DNA of 64,000 bases from Paraspadella gotoi (GCA_051294375.1 CM119269.1:646272-710271), one strand, 5' to 3'. Shown: positions 12,101 to 26,466, numbered from the stretch's first letter. The notes: generated from the letters alone by a model not told the origin. Numbers and translations are program-made.

Positions 12101-15100
12101 ACGTTCATTCTGCCGCCGGTTCTTCAGTATCTTCGGACACTTCATCGGCAGTTTCACCTGCTTCGTCGGCTGCGTCATCCACTTCGCCAGATTCGACGAC
12201 CGATTCATCATCTTCTTTACTTCTTTCCTCCTCTTTTGAAGACGGCGTCACTTCTGATGATGCCGGGGACGACGGCTTGACCCCTTCCGTCTCGGTAGAC
12301 TTTAATTTCTCTTTTACTGCATCAGATCCCCTTCCGCCCGGTTACACTCGAAGCGTTCTCTTGGACGATTTGGCTCGCGTCGACTCCCGTAGCCTCGTCG
12401 ACGTAACTTCCATTCGGCCGAGTTCGTCTTTCCAGTCTCGCTTTGCAGCATTTTCGTCCCTCGGTCCTCTCGTTCCCATACCTCGTCCTTCTTTCGAGAT
12501 AGTCGTCGCTCCCCCGATAACCTCTTCATCACAACCTTTAACGCCGCAGTCGATCGTTCCCTCTCAAGTCCTCAATCGATTTCGCCGCGTCGTTCCTCGT
12601 CCCCGATCGCACATGGGGTCGACCGATTTGGATGGCGTTCAAGTTTTCGATCCCAGTGCCGAGAAGCAAAATAGGGAAATTGGCAGCGGTGATCGAGGAG
12701 CGGGATCTGCCGCGACAAAAGAACATCAGTGGCACTCTTTGGAATCGAAAATGAGAGGCGCTTCTATAGTCGCTCCCAAACCGGAGAATGAGTCCAAGAC
12801 GCCGTTAAAACCTGGAAAACCGCCAATCGAAGTGCAAGCAATAGTATACGGTACTGAAGCGATTGGCAAGGGCAAAGCATCGTCTGGTAACGGTTTCGTT
12901 GTAAATGGGGATGACGGTGCCGGTAGTTCACCCACCAGCGCTTCAGCACGAGCGACGAATCCGCCCGTTCAGAATTCCAAGCTTGAACAACCCTCCCCGG
13001 CCGCTTTGGGATTGGGAACACAGAAGGAGTCCGTCTTTATCAAGTGCGTTTATTTCATATGACTATTTTCTTATTTCTTTCTACAGAACCGATTCGGAAC
13101 TTTCCGATTCTAGTGCGTTTAAATTTAATCTTTACTTTAAGTTTAACTCTCCCGACAGCATCAACAAACGTCTCAAGAACTTGGAATCCAACATGAGTCT
13201 TTCAACGCGATATTTGGAGGAGTTGTCCTTTCGTTACCGCAAATCTTCGGACGATTTGAAAAAGATCTTTAGTCACCAAGTTAACCTTTTAAATGCAACG
13301 GGTTAGTTAAAAGGATTTGAAAATTATAAAATAATAACAATAGCATCAGGGTTTTTTTGGGTTTTTTAAAATGTGGATGTTTTGGCGACGTAAATAATTG
13401 ATAGACGGAGACAGGTTTAAACGAAGATATATTTAATACAAAGTACAAAGAGTTTAACATAAACAATTATAATGGTGAATGCGAAAGTATTAAAGAGATT
13501 TTGAGTTGTAAACTTGTTGTGTTTGTTGTTGTTGTTGTTGTTTAGACCGCTAAAATGGCAGACTATAACTGGATTTTTTTTTGTTTTGTTTTTGTTTTTT
13601 AATGCCAACACTGAATAGCTTTTTAAAATCCCTTGCAGCTCGAAAATCCCAAGAAGAGAACGTTAGGCAAGAGCAAACAATTATAAGCAACGGAGATCGA
13701 TTGACTGAACTGAGCGAGCGAATGGACGAGATGGCCTCCGAAATTATCTTGTTGCGGCAGCAGGTTCGGCAATCGAAGTTTGTGCGGTCTCCGTACAATG
13801 TATATTGTATAATTGTTGAAAATAAACTTGTGTTTAGGTCACCAACAGACAAGCTACCATAGTTTTTCTCGAGATCGTTTTAACGGTCATAGTTTTGTTT
13901 TACTTTGGTAGTTGGTTCTGCTCCACGTCCGATGCGAGAAGGTGAGAGACAGAGCGAGAGAATGCCGGTAAAAGACAACGAAAGGGGAGGGGGAAAATAT
14001 TGAGAAAGAGAGTTGAGGGGGGGGGGAATTCAGTTGACGATTGACGAATCAAGTGCATTAACCGTCTGTCAGGAATGATCGCTCTCACCGTCTTGAAACC
14101 CACGGCGGCACAGCTGTGTATCAAGTGGCGAAAACTCCGCGAAAGCCGATTAGCGACGAGAAAATTGCATCGAGAGGTTACGAATAAGCTTTCTTACAAA
14201 TAGTTGTTTGTCAGAAACGTCAACCGGGGTTCATAATTCTTTGGCTTCAAATTAGGCAATGAAAACGACGTCGTGTTGCCGCCGGTCATCGCTCTGCCTC
14301 CCGTGGAAAAGGAGGTGGCGGGAAAATCCGTCGCGGCGCCGGGTGCTCAGGGGAAACGAAGACGAGCTCGGCGAAAACTGGGAAATTCCATGCGAGCGAC
14401 GGTAAGAGAAAAATTGTCGTCTCATGTCATTTGAAAATTCGAATTACAGCCACATTAAATTAATCCCAACCAGCAAAAAGCCAAAGAGTTTCAATTGCCT
14501 GGTTCGTCATCTGGGGCGAATTCTATTTGTTCCGACGTCGAAGATCACGTTCGAAACATGGGCGACCCCTTACCGTCTAAAGGCTGCTCTGGTGAGGTTT
14601 CACGCGCGCTTATTTTAGTTATCAAAAATTCTTCATGCATATTTCGCTCGTTGGCAAGGACGGATTCCCTTCAGTATCTAACGACAAAATTTAAAACTTT
14701 CAGGATATAGTGTCGATTTCAACCGTAATTTTTCTTCACCCGATCTTCGATCTTTTGGTCAGTTTTTTCACAGAGTAGTTGAAAGAAAATAATGTTTAAC
14801 AGAAAAACGGATGATTGAATTGATTAATCAATTAAATGTTTTCGGGCTTTGCTCTATTTTCTGTGCTTCACGATACGCTCGTTAATTTTCACCAATTTAT
14901 GGTAACACATTAATAACTATTTCCTTTTGAGCTAAATCTTGAGCGTCATTCAATTGTCATTCGTAGGATGTCAATCCAACGCCGCTTCCCCTCTCGGTCA
15001 TTGCGCTTCGTGCATCCTTCACGCTCCCGGCGTTGGCTCCGGAGTCGACTCCGGCGTCATCCCTGACGTCCAGTCTAATTCCGCGTGCTTACGGACGTCA

Positions 15101-16351
15101 CCCGAGATCAACGAGTAAAATGAAATAAATACAATCCCATACGTTATACGTAATACATTATACTATTATTCTATTATTAATTAATTTTCAGAGACGCCAT
15201 TGATATATATATACCCTACTCGCGCTCGCATCGTAGATCTCTCTCGTCCCAACTCCACTCTTACTCTACCGCCCGCCCCGCCCGCCCGCCCGCCTTCCCT
15301 CGCCCTTTATTTCATACTTCTCTCCCGCTCCATCCACTCTCTTCATTGCCTCCCCTTTCTCTCTCCTCCGAGCCTTCAACACCAATTCATTTTTCCACGA
15401 TGCCCAAATCGTCGGCCGTCGCTGACCACGGTCGTTCATCCATCGCGGCTGAAGGCGCTGGAAATCCCCACAACTTGCGGTGAGTTGTTTTTATGAGTTT
15501 TGTTGTTTTCGTAGCGTGGTACGGTATATGAATTTTTTATGAGATTTTATTTATTATATTATTTTATTCCACGCTTAATTTTAATGAAAAAATCTATTCT
15601 CTTATTTTCCCAAATCTACTTCCTTCATGCTTCAGATCTTTACAAGAGCCGTCATCTCGCTTCGAGTCGACTTTCCCTCCGCTCGCTTCTCTTCCCTTCC
15701 CCTCCAACGACGCCGATTCTATCGACTCTTATTCTTCCTTGCCTCACTTTTCGTCGTGGGAGCAGAGAGTTTCCTGTCATCCACCGGCGTCGGGACCTCG
15801 CAATCTCGTCGGTGACGCCGTTAAGGTTTCGTCGCCTCAAGGCCGCTTGTCGCTTGCCTCAACGTCGGCTTCGATCAAAGAAGGCTCGCGTGGTACGAGG
15901 ACGAACGATTCGAAAGCTTCCGGACACGATATTTCGCACAGGTTTTATATTATAATTATGATGTTGATAACATGAAGGGTTTTAGCTTGCTCCGTACCTT
16001 TTATTTTTTCCTTTTAGTCTTCGTAATTCCGAAATCGGCGGCCCTTACTTTCTCGATTCGTCTCACGCTCTCGGGGTTGGTCAATCGAACGGAAACCTTG
16101 GGCGGAACACTGGATTAACAGAGGCGGCGATGAACGAAAGGAGCAAAAAGCGAAGCAACGGTCTTCCTGCTCGACAACAGAACACGAATGGATGCCCGAT
16201 GGGCGCGCCGCCACCTGGGGGCGATGGATGGATCCCTGTGTCATCCAGAGAAAAGAAAAGGCGGAAGAAGAAAAGGGAAAGAGCAGAACCGTCCGACGTC
16301 GCCGATTCTTCGAATTTAGCGGAGAAGTTGAACGCAATATTTAGATTTTAA
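9149..16351 (+). CDS. SUCO: SUN domain-containing ossification factor (mid-SUN ER membrane protein, Slp1-like)
   Basis: Signal peptide MAKTAKTFRLLLILVLLW. SUN domain across exons ~10016-10160, 10227-10360 and 10434-10687 (NYASPDCGAKV...DDYM..PC...WFIVELCE...ANFELFSS...HYGSEHFCPVS..KVYG). Then a long Ser-rich region, the conserved QKESVF...RLKNLESNMSLSTRYLEELS.RYRK coil and a TM segment near 13860-13920. The last low-complexity exons run in phase to a stop at 16351; the 3' end is less certain. Confidence 0.88.
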
Positions 16352-17048
16352 ATTTCATGTAACTACGAGTATTAGACTGCGATTTTTCTTTCTCGTTGGT
16401 GGGACGCGAAAATTTCAATACTTTTACATACATCATTAAAATTATTAAAGAAATCGGGTTAAATCAATCCGCATATGAACCATACGATAGTGACTTAGCA
16501 TAAACTTTGGAGCAAGTTTGGGTTTTGATTTTCAAAGCCCGGCTTTAGTTGTAGCAAAATTGTTTTACCGCTATAATTAGTCGGTAGTGATTTTATTCTG
16601 CTGTTCCAATTCTACACCAAATATTTCTTATTTATCGTACTTTTGACGTATTAGAATTTAAGTACCGTACTGGATATTATGGATGTTGTTTTATACTGAA
16701 ACATGTGATACTACAAATGCCCTGTGATTTTCACGTGATAACGAGACTTGAAGATTTTGAGAATTTTCTTAAAATGAAACCTGGTAAAAACTGCTTTTTG
16801 CTTTTTGGGCTCATTACAAAAGTATGATCCTTTAAACAGATTCGTTACGTAATCATTCCCATGAAGGTTGTGATTATTTTTATTCTTTGATGTCTTTAGC
16901 GATAATTAAATTTTTTTATGAAACGTTTTTTTTCTTTTCTTTTTTAAGCCAGACAGATTTTAAATATCGCAGCTTTAAAAGATTATCTCTATAGCAGTAT
17001 CCTTTAGTAGTTTATTAAAAAAAACATCCCAATGCAATGGTAAAACTC

Positions 17049-17856
17049 TGTGGATAAGGCGCTAAGTAGCCATGGAACGGGTCCTGGGCTTGGAACCAGG
17101 CTTGAGCGTATTCCACGTCCCCAAGTAGCCATAGCCGATGAAATTTAAATGCTAATGTATACAGCGTTAAAATCTATCATGAGCATAGATTATGGTATTA
17201 AAATATTTTTTGTCAAAAATTCTTTTTTCTGAGGGAACTAGCCTAATTAAAATTATTATATTACTATATAAATAAAAAAAAATTAAAATCTTAAAATTTT
17301 TTGATGGATTCTGGTAGAGCATAAAAAGTTAAACAAGAAATATAATTACAGCTTTTAAAAATTCTTACGTTTTTTCAGTAAAAATTTAAAAAAACTGATA
17401 AAATCATCAAAAGATGATGATGATGACGATTTTTTATGGTTTTTTCTTATTTTTGACCTATTTGTGATAAAAATATTTAAAATAAAATTACACTTTTTAT
17501 TAAACTTTTTATGAGCTATCTGAATCTGGTCTTAAAATTTAAAATTTCTAAAAAAAAATTTTGGCCTTTCTATCTATAATAAATATTAAAAAAATAATTA
17601 CTAGGTTATAGAACCATATAATAAATTTTTTGTTCATTGAAAGTATACTTAAGTGTATAAATTTTCGTTTGAGTTTGTACTCCCTCTAAATTTTTTACTC
17701 GCCCCATTGAGTGCGGCTTCCCCTACCCCAAGGCGGTTTACGGACGTCAGGGTTGGTACCATCATGAACTGATGGCATTACTCAATGAGCCACCGGGTCA
17801 CAACTGAAGGTGTCATGCTTATAGGCGGGGTGAACTCATGCTATGCCCGACTACAA
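17049..17856 (-). mobile_element. tRNA-related SINE-like repeat, split by a nested insertion
   Basis: The two halves (17049-17124 and 17727-17856) are contiguous in the copies at ~30399-30646 and ~49540-49765. The minus strand has an A-box-like ggtggctcattgag. Confidence 0.65.
17125..17726. mobile_element. Non-autonomous DNA element with GTAG...CTAC termini and 5-bp TSD, inserted into a SINE-like repeat
   Basis: cccaa|gtag...ctac|cccaa. The uninterrupted site (gcccccaaggcgg) is seen at ~30506. Confidence 0.8.
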
Positions 17857-19019
17857 CTCCTACAATATTCATTATATTGGAAGGTAGGTAGGTAGGCGCT
17901 TGATGAAAATTTGAGAGTAAACGTTAGTCTCTGGGAAAATAGATTCTGGATTTTGAGCAATCATATTTATTGAGCAATCGCATTCACGAATCTAATTCAA
18001 GAGGTTTACGACCTGAAATTTGTAAAATATAAAAATGGGCAAAATTTTACTTTCCCCGCCCGGGGTTTATGGATAGCTACTTTTTCGCATACTCAGTAAC
18101 GTTCGTTTTGATTTCATTAGCAGACATGTGTAGAATTTAAGAAAAACTAAACGATATTGACCGACTTAAAACCAGAAAAACTCGCATTCTTATTTCGATG
18201 TAATCATAAAACTAAATGTCTTAAAGTCCATTAAAATCGAAACGAATTTTTACCGTAATTAAGAAGTAATTATGGCACAAAGGTAATCGGTTATTTTTAA
18301 AATTCACTTGAGATTGAATTACAGAAAAGTGAACGATATATATATATATATATATTTTTTAGATATTAAAATAATTGCTCTGGTCTTTCCCATAATTGGG
18401 TTTAAAAATGTAGTTCAGAAAAAGATGTCACTGTGGCAATTGGAGATAATTTAAAACAATTTGAAGCAACTCATCAATTTACTCAGTTTTCTATGACCTC
18501 GTCTACTTAATTTTCCTTCTTTAAAGTTTAAACGATCAACTTATTCTGGTTTTCAATACGTGTTATTTTCTAATTTTACATATCAGATCTTAATCCTTTT
18601 CGAAAATTCAATAAGGGTGTAAAAATACTCGGATGGCCGATATTTTTTTTTTCAATGTTTCTCCATATAGTGATCATGATGTGGTTTAATACTTTATCCT
18701 ATCAAATTGCCCGTTACTGGAGTTATTCTTGCTTGTTTCAAACCTGTATCGATCCTGAATAACCTTGCTTAAACAATAAACATTCCACTGACAATTCGTC
18801 AACTGGGATCGAAGTGATTCGGAAAAAAGAGTTTCAGTCTTAGACATGCAAATGAAACCAACCGAAACACGACACCCCTCAGTGAATTTTTTTACAAGTT
18901 AAAAAACAATGGAGGCGTCGCGATTTTTGTTAGGGGTCGAAAATAAATAAATTCCCTCATGATAATAATTTTTCAACTTAAAATCAATATTAAATAAGGC
19001 TTATTTTTATACTCACCGG

Positions 19020-19103
19020 TGAGGGTTGGTTTAGGGGTGGTTTAAGGTTAGAGGAAGTTAGGGTTGGGAAGGTTTAGTTTTAGGGGTAGGGTTAGGGTTG
19101 TTA
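19020..19103 (+). repeat. Degenerate (TTAGGG)-like repeat tract
   Basis: ggtttagggg...gttagggttggg...ggtagggttagggtt. A similar C-rich tract lies at 54068-54116. Confidence 0.5.
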
Positions 19104-19979
19104 GATAAAAAAAAAGAGGAACGAACAACATTATATTAATAAATATTTTTGTATAAAAAAATGATATAAATTTTATAATTTACGCAGTAGGCCATATTTA
19201 TACTATTACTAATCCAATAAATATTAAATTTAAAAATTATTTTTTTGTAAGATTTTTTTGCAGATTTTGATTCATCATGAAAAAATTAATATAAAGAGAT
19301 ATATTTTTTTTTTAAATTCTTTTATTATGTTAATCAAATATATTGAAAACTTATATTTTAAGCTGAAAATTAAAGATTTAAATAGTAAATATAGTTCTTT
19401 TAATTTTTAACCCACTTAATGAAAGAATTTTTAAAAATGATTTATATATTTTTTATCAACTTTTAACGAAGAATTCAAATCTGCAATCAAAATTTAAAAA
19501 AGCTTAATTTAAAATTTTTCTTCTATTTGATTTTAAAATTTTTGCTACCGCTTTACTGATCGAGAACTCGACCCTGTCCCGATAGAAACCTCGAATTTAA
19601 TTCTTTTCGCCATCACATGCTAATAACGAAAGTCTTGGCACTCAATTTTTTGTTCGAAACGATCAAAACTTACCATAGTTAACTGCGTTTATTAGATCGA
19701 AGCTAAATTATCGTTAACGGTTGCACGACATGAACATTTTTAAAAACCTCTCGCTGTAAATGCTGATTCTCAAGTATGGGAAACGAATCGAACCGAACGC
19801 TTGTGCCATGCTTCGAAGATTTCTTGCCCTCGTAATTTGCGCCGTGTTTTTCAACCTGTTTTGGCATTTTCTTCTGCTCAGAAAAGATCGACAATTAATA
19901 TGGAACGGTAGGTTGAGGGTTTTGCTCTAAACATTCTTATTAATCATTTTCTCATTCAGCAATTTAAGCAACAATATTA

Positions 19980-20818
19980 CACTGCAGCGCAAAAAAAGTA
20001 TGGCAAAAAGGATGGCTAAATTTTATAAAGATATAAAAATATAAAACTATATTTTATTTTAATTATTATTATATCAATTTTATTTTGTGAACATCAGTCA
20101 AAAATTTATACATAGAAATCGCTTTTTCTTAATTCAATTGTAAGATTCTGACTTTAAAATAATACTATATTCTACTACCTGAACTAATTAAAAATTTTAT
20201 TGCACTTGGAGAAGACGAAAATAGAAAATATAAGTAGGAAAATAGGTGAGGGATTGTGACGTTGTAAGATGATGATGATAAGATATTACTAAAAACGCCC
20301 GGGATGAGGAGAAACAGCCCTTACGGCGATCCTATTTTGCGGGCCCTCCTAGGGGTCTTATCGCCAAATAAAACTTTGTGCGCGCCCCCGGCGGGGACTT
20401 ATCGCTTAACTTTATACTTAAAATCTATCGATTTGTAAAAGTATCAAAATAATTTAATTTTAAAAAAAATACTCGGGTATTTAAAAAAATTACTAGGGTA
20501 TCCTAACGTTGTAAGAGAAGTAGAAAAGAAGTAAGACGAGCTCTCTCCTGATCCACTTTTATCAACGCCCGGACTGACTTGACCTTACGGTCTCATCGGC
20601 CCTATTAATCTCTCCGGTCAATCTGAGGTCATTGCCAAAACAAGGGCAAAGTGACCGTTGGGGAATGACCGGCTCTGAGAAAGAGGAGAGAGAAAGGGTT
20701 AAGAGAGAGAGACCGGTGTTAAATCGCCTCACACTATTCAATAGCTTTTTAAAAGAGCTATTGTTTTCATATTTTTTTTTAATTAATAATGAAATAGTTT
20801 TTTTTTTACGCCGCAGTG
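19980..20818. mobile_element. Non-autonomous TIR element with TA target duplication (Tc1/mariner- or EnSpm-like)
   Basis: ta|cactgcagcgcaaaaaaa ... tttttttacgccgcagtg|ta; ~18-bp TIR with 2 mismatches; no transposase ORF. Confidence 0.7.
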
Positions 20819-23477
20819 TATATTGGGTAGAGGTTCGTAAAAGAAATCTAATTTTGAATAATTGTTTAAAAAAAAGCTAATTTGGCTGAAGAAAGCTTCT
20901 CTTCGGCCGGCCAGAAAATATACTAAATCAGTAACGAATCTATTAAACTATGGGGATCATTTTTCACCATATAAAAACATTCTCAAGCTGCACTTCATTT
21001 AGTCAGTGATTACATTTGGTGTCATCTTACAACGACGTAGTTTTCTTTAGCTGTTCTTCTCCCACATTTTTGGATTAAACAATAAACTATAAAACGTACG
21101 TTTAGTTTTTTTTCATTATATAAAAATGACAACTGAAAAGGTGCGATTTTATTTTCGTTAAATGATTGAATTACATCTTACCGCCTGTAATATAATAGTA
21201 GGACTGTGGGGGACATTGAATGATTTAGGGAAAATAAGTTTTTTGAATAGAAACAAAATGATCTTATGCAGGGAGGAATAGTTATTGATGTTGGCCGAGG
21301 TTTGGAATGAAACTTAATCTAATCTTTACTAATATAATTTGAGTGTTTTGAATTCGATCGTCATCGCTTTAGCTTCATAATTGATTCGGCTCGTCGAGAA
21401 TAGAAAATATCCTGACCTTTTATTAGCGGTCTTTCTCTCGTGACCTCTCGTCTTTGCTCTCTATTTGACTAGCGTTTCACTCCTCTTTTTCCAATTTAAA
21501 TTGTAGAATGGATCCGGCTTTTTAAAAACCGGTTTTTAAAAAATTATTGAAATCACGAAATAAAGACAGAAAAAAATTAATTACCAAAACTAAGGTCCGA
21601 ATGATTAATCATGGAAATGTGGTATTGTTTAGCATTATTTGAAAAAGAGCAAAAAGGGCAAAACAAGTATTTAGTTGTTGTGGTTGGTTGGTTGGTTGGT
21701 TGGTTGCCGAAAGACGAAAGGAGAGGAAGTTAAGATGTAGATGATAATGAAGAACGTCGGAGAAAAAAAGTATTTCTACGCTAGATAGTCTAAGCATATT
21801 TCTCAAAAGTTACAAGTATGTAATATTATGTTTAGTATGTACCCCCTGAGCAGGAACTGATGGCACTAATAAAATTGTAGCCCTTCTTCTATGAATGTAT
21901 ATTATATATAATATACCTGTTTTATTAGGTAAAAATGTGTATCTATAATATAGATACACATTTCTATATTTCAATTGAGCCGACTGTTAACTATGTAAAA
22001 CTGTCGGTCTTAATCTTTCTCCAAAAATTTCTGATGTTATGGACTTTCATGGGAACCAGAAACACTGAGTTCGAGGGATAAAGTTTTATACAGTCATTGG
22101 TCAAGCGCGTGAAAAAGTTTACCCAGGATCACTGGAAGATGCAGTATGGTACACCCACATGATGAACAACGAATGGAATAAACTTTCTTGACAAAAAAAG
22201 AATGCTGCTTAACTAGCTCGTATTAAGCCCAGACATCTTTTGATTTCATTTTTTTTCTACGAGGGCAACGAAAACCATCGTCGTTTACCATCGTCGCTGA
22301 ATCAGATTGTCGCAGCAAATATGCAGTAGATCATGTAGATCATGTAGATCATTGGCAATTTTTTTTTTTTCTTAATTCTAGTTAATTTTCGGAAATAAAA
22401 ATTTTTGCTTCTCACAAGAGGAGGTCATTAGGAGCATAAACTTTGTCAGTTTTGTACAGATCTGGTACTTTAATTTTCTATCAAAGGACATTTTATGCTG
22501 TATAATAAACTTACTTTTTCGTGGCCGTTGTTTTTGTTGTTGTTATTGTTGAGTTTTTGTCACTTAAGATAATAGAGCATTCGTTCATCGAACGCTTAAG
22601 ACCCTGAGGGTTTGTAATTCGTTCGTGAATTCCGAGAAGAAGTGGGGGGGGGGTGAACACGATAAGTCGATTCTTTTTGGCCGAAGGTGATGATACACTT
22701 AAGTCTTTTTTTCGAAATCTCGAAGAATTTGAATTTTGACTCGAGGCCTCGGTTCGATGTTGGATTTGGATGTATATTTAATTTGATCAGATATATTTTG
22801 ACAATTAGTAAAGAAAGTTGGCTTTGAAAATGGGCTTTTATTTTCCAACTCGCTGTTTTTAAATTTAATTTTTTAAAGTCAGTATTGTTTTAAAAAAATA
22901 TAAAATATCATCAAGCTCTTAAAAATATGAAGAGAATGATATATTTATGAAAGCTTTAACATAAAAACTAACCTGCCCTGCCGTGGTTCAATTAAAAAAG
23001 TTAAAATTAATTTATTTAAAATTTTAAATCTATATTTTAAAATATATGACCAGTTTAAATTATTATAATCTAAAAAACAATTATTTATATGGGCAACATA
23101 AAAAATCCCCCCAAAAATGAATGTAAAATAGGCAATTACAATTTTATAATAATCCTAAATTTGCTCTCCAGCTATTTATTTTTTTAAAAATGTTTCGGTT
23201 TTCACTATCCTAATTAAATTACAACATTCTTTTCATATTTGTAATGGCTATCTGATATCATTGGTCAGGCGTATCAAAGTCTATTAATATAAAATTTACA
23301 TATATATAAATAATAATTGGTCTTTACTGTTAAATTAGTCTTTAACATTGAAAAAATTCTTACGGGCTTGCAAATGGCAGATTTTTTTTAGGTGCGGGCA
23401 TAAAATTGTCACCATGTCATACAACGTTTACAATGATTTCTAATTCTAGCCATCCTCAATTTTCGTTTTCTCGTCAG

Positions 23478-24198
23478 AGGATTTCTTCGGCCTTCTGGGG
23501 GAGTCTTGGAATCCCCCGTCCAAACGCCCCTTCGATGGATTCTTCTGCGCGAGGATGATGACGGGCCGCTTCCCCGCCGACTACGAGATGCGGCGTCGCC
23601 GGGAAACGCAGCGGCGCGCCGAGACATCGGCGGCGAATTACTTACGTCAGATCGACTGGGAATGTTCGGACGTGAACGATACCTTCAAAGGTTGGCGTTA
23701 GAGAAGCCTTAGGTTTAATAAAAAGTCGTGTAATAATAGATGCTTAATGGCTTAATAGTTATTCAATATAGAGAACGTTAACAGTCGTTAACCAAATAAG
23801 TGGGTAGTAATTAAAGATTGTACCCATTTAAATATGTTCTACGTAATAGTTTTCAAATGAGTAAATTGATTAATAATTCCTTTCCACTCCCCCCCCCCCG
23901 CACGAAAAATAAGACGCAGCTTCTTCTTGCGTGTTAAGTCGCGCCATTCACCAAATCGGATGCGATGCTTTTCTTCGTCGTCGAGGTTACGTGACCCAAG
24001 TGAGCCACGCCCCCTCCATGTCGCTCGCCTTCTCCATCCTCGTCTATCGAAATGCCCGCCAGGCGGAGCGACTCCTTCGCGCCATCTACAGACCGAACAA
24101 CTTGTGAGGAAATTGTCAATTTGGAAATGAGTGAAAACAAAAATGAAAAAGATAAAAATAAAACTCAGTGGCATCTCTCTCTCTTCTCTCTCTCCTCT

Positions 24199-24239
<41 letters not shown>

Positions 24240-24734
24240 CTCTCTTTCTCACCTGTTGTCATCAATTAAAAAATTGTTTGAAAATTACGAGATTTGTTTT
24301 AATTTATTTGTAATTTTAATAAGCTATGATTGTTAGGGGGATATCATCGTTGTCTTCCGCAAATAGAGGGAGAATCTAGTATACATACAACAATAGGTCA
24401 AAGGGTCAAACCTCACAGAATACAGCCAATTTTTGCAAATCCCCGTCCTTCAGCTATTGCCTACACCTGGACACCAAGGCGTCAACGTCGACGGTCTCCG
24501 CGCTAGAGACGCTCGCCTCTTGTTTCCCTGGCAACGTCTTTCTCACCAACAGACGCGAAGATGTCGTCTACGCGGGATTTTCACGATTGCAGGCCGACAT
24601 CAATTGCATGGCGGAGCTGTTGGACAAAAAGCGGAACGGAAGCGCCGACTGGCGATATCTCTTGAATCTCTCGGGACAGGAATTTCCTCTGGTCACCATC
24701 GAAAGATTGGTGGAGGTGGGAAACTTAGAAAGAG

Positions 24735-24773
<39 letters not shown>

Positions 24774-26203
24774 AAAAAAATAAGAAAGAAAAAAATAAAG
24801 AGCGAAAAAAAGATAAAAAGAGCGGAAAAAAGATAGAAAGAAAGAATGAAAGAAAAGAAAGAAAGAAGTACTAACTATAATTAATAAAACAATGAAAATA
24901 GAGAAAGAAGAAAAAAAATAGAAAAAATATACATATATATAAAATGAAATAAAAACAAACAGATTTTGACGCTTTACAACGACACGAACGACATCCGAAG
25001 TTATTTCCCAACTACGTCCCAACAAAACCGGTTCCGTTTCGTGTGGAAAGTCGTCACGACTTCAAACGGAAAAACTCAGATGAGGAAAACGTCGGAGCCA
25101 AAGACGCAACCACCAGCGCCCCTGACGTGAGAATGAAAATTATCGCTAAAATAAAATATTTAAGATCAATTTTACCCTTATAATTGAATATGCTTTTGAA
25201 ATTGTGTGTGTTTTTATTTTTTTTAACTGGATCCTCGCTGACTCATCAAGTTGAATGTCGGTTGGTCAATTTGTGAGCGATTTTGCGAGTTAAGCTTCAA
25301 TTTTTTCCCCACAGGTTTAACGACATTTACAAAGCGAGTGCCTATGGAGTTTTCACGAGAGTCTTCATCCGTTACATAGTTTACGACCGTTTCGCCAAGG
25401 TTTTCAAATAACGACGAGCGTTTTAAATAATGTAGCAACTCGTATTATTAAGAAAAACGGTCTTTAAGCTCAACTATATTCATAAACTTTTATGTACATC
25501 TGAGAAATAAATTAATAAATAAAATTCAGACAATAATAATATATTTTTCATGAAATTGTATCGAACTGCATTGACAACTGAAAACTTGCAATCAAAATAG
25601 TTTAAAAATTAATTTGGTTCGAAAGTAAATTTACATTTGGTTTAAAATTAAGACGTCTTTTGTTTCAAAGGGGAAACAATAATGATCGACACTTACTCCC
25701 CTAGGCTTTTCTCGAGTGGACAAAAGACACTTACAGCCCGGACGAGCATTTTTGGCAAACGCTGCACCGTAATTATCGGAAGCTCAAGACTCCCGGCGGT
25801 CGACCCATTAAACTTAAGAAAGTTACCCCAAGGTAATACTAGAAATACAACGAGCCAATGGACAAAGTAACAAACGTAGCCTATTCTTTGTCTTTCCCCG
25901 CCACTGGGCCACCCTCCCCCCTCCTCTTTAAGAATCGTGATGTGGCTGCCATTAAAGCAAAGTTCCAACTCTTCGCTCGTCTGCCACGGACGCGACGTCC
26001 GCCGAGTCTGCGTCTTCGGCCCGCACGATCTCCCGTGGATCCGCGCCAAAGCAGACGACCATCTTTTCGTCAACAAGTTCGACGTGGATACTGAGCCGCT
26101 GGCCCTGGAGTGTATGGAGGAGTGGATGGGGAACAAGACGAGGAGTGCTGTTGGAAGGGGTGGTGCGCATGAGGGCGGAGTTGTGGCGAAAACGAAAAGA
26201 TGA
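23478..26203 (+). CDS. Beta-1,6-N-acetylglucosaminyltransferase, core-2/I-branching (GT14, GCNT-like); first exon(s) not located
   Basis: In-phase exons ~23478-23690, 23920-24102, 24454-24715, 24963-25126, 25314-25399, 25705-25832 and 25933-26203. They encode LAFSILVYRNARQAERLLRAIYRPNNFYCLHLDTK, VVYAGFSRLQADINCM, WRYLLNLSGQEFPL, TYSPDEHFWQTL and C.G..VR.VCVFG..DL.W....HLFVNKFD. Confidence 0.9.
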
Positions 26204-26466
26204 GGAGTCACCAAAAAAACATACCATAAAAAAAACAACATTTTTTTTTCAAACTCGTTTTTGCAAAGAAAAATTTGCAAAGATATTTCGCTTTCTATTA
26301 GAATTTATTTTTATGTCAGTATTACTGATGTTTATGTCTGTGTTGTCAATATGCGTTTTAATTTAACAGTTTTTAAAATTACAAATAGATAGCAATATAT
26401 TTTTTTCGTTTTAAATAAGTTTTAAAAAACGAGGCTCTATTTTATAAATTTGATAGACAGAGAGAT

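Noticed and set aside
9197-13021. Antisense and alternate-frame ORFs over SUCO (likewise over CFAP69, SLC22 and PIAS)
   Set aside because: Shadows of GC-rich exons with no independent motifs.
19020-19103. Interstitial telomere or chromosome fusion site
   Set aside because: Short and degenerate, with no head-to-head junction; more likely part of a MITE.
20255-20733. Solo LTR (TGTGA...TCACA)
   Set aside because: The flanks (ggat / ctat) show no target-site duplication.
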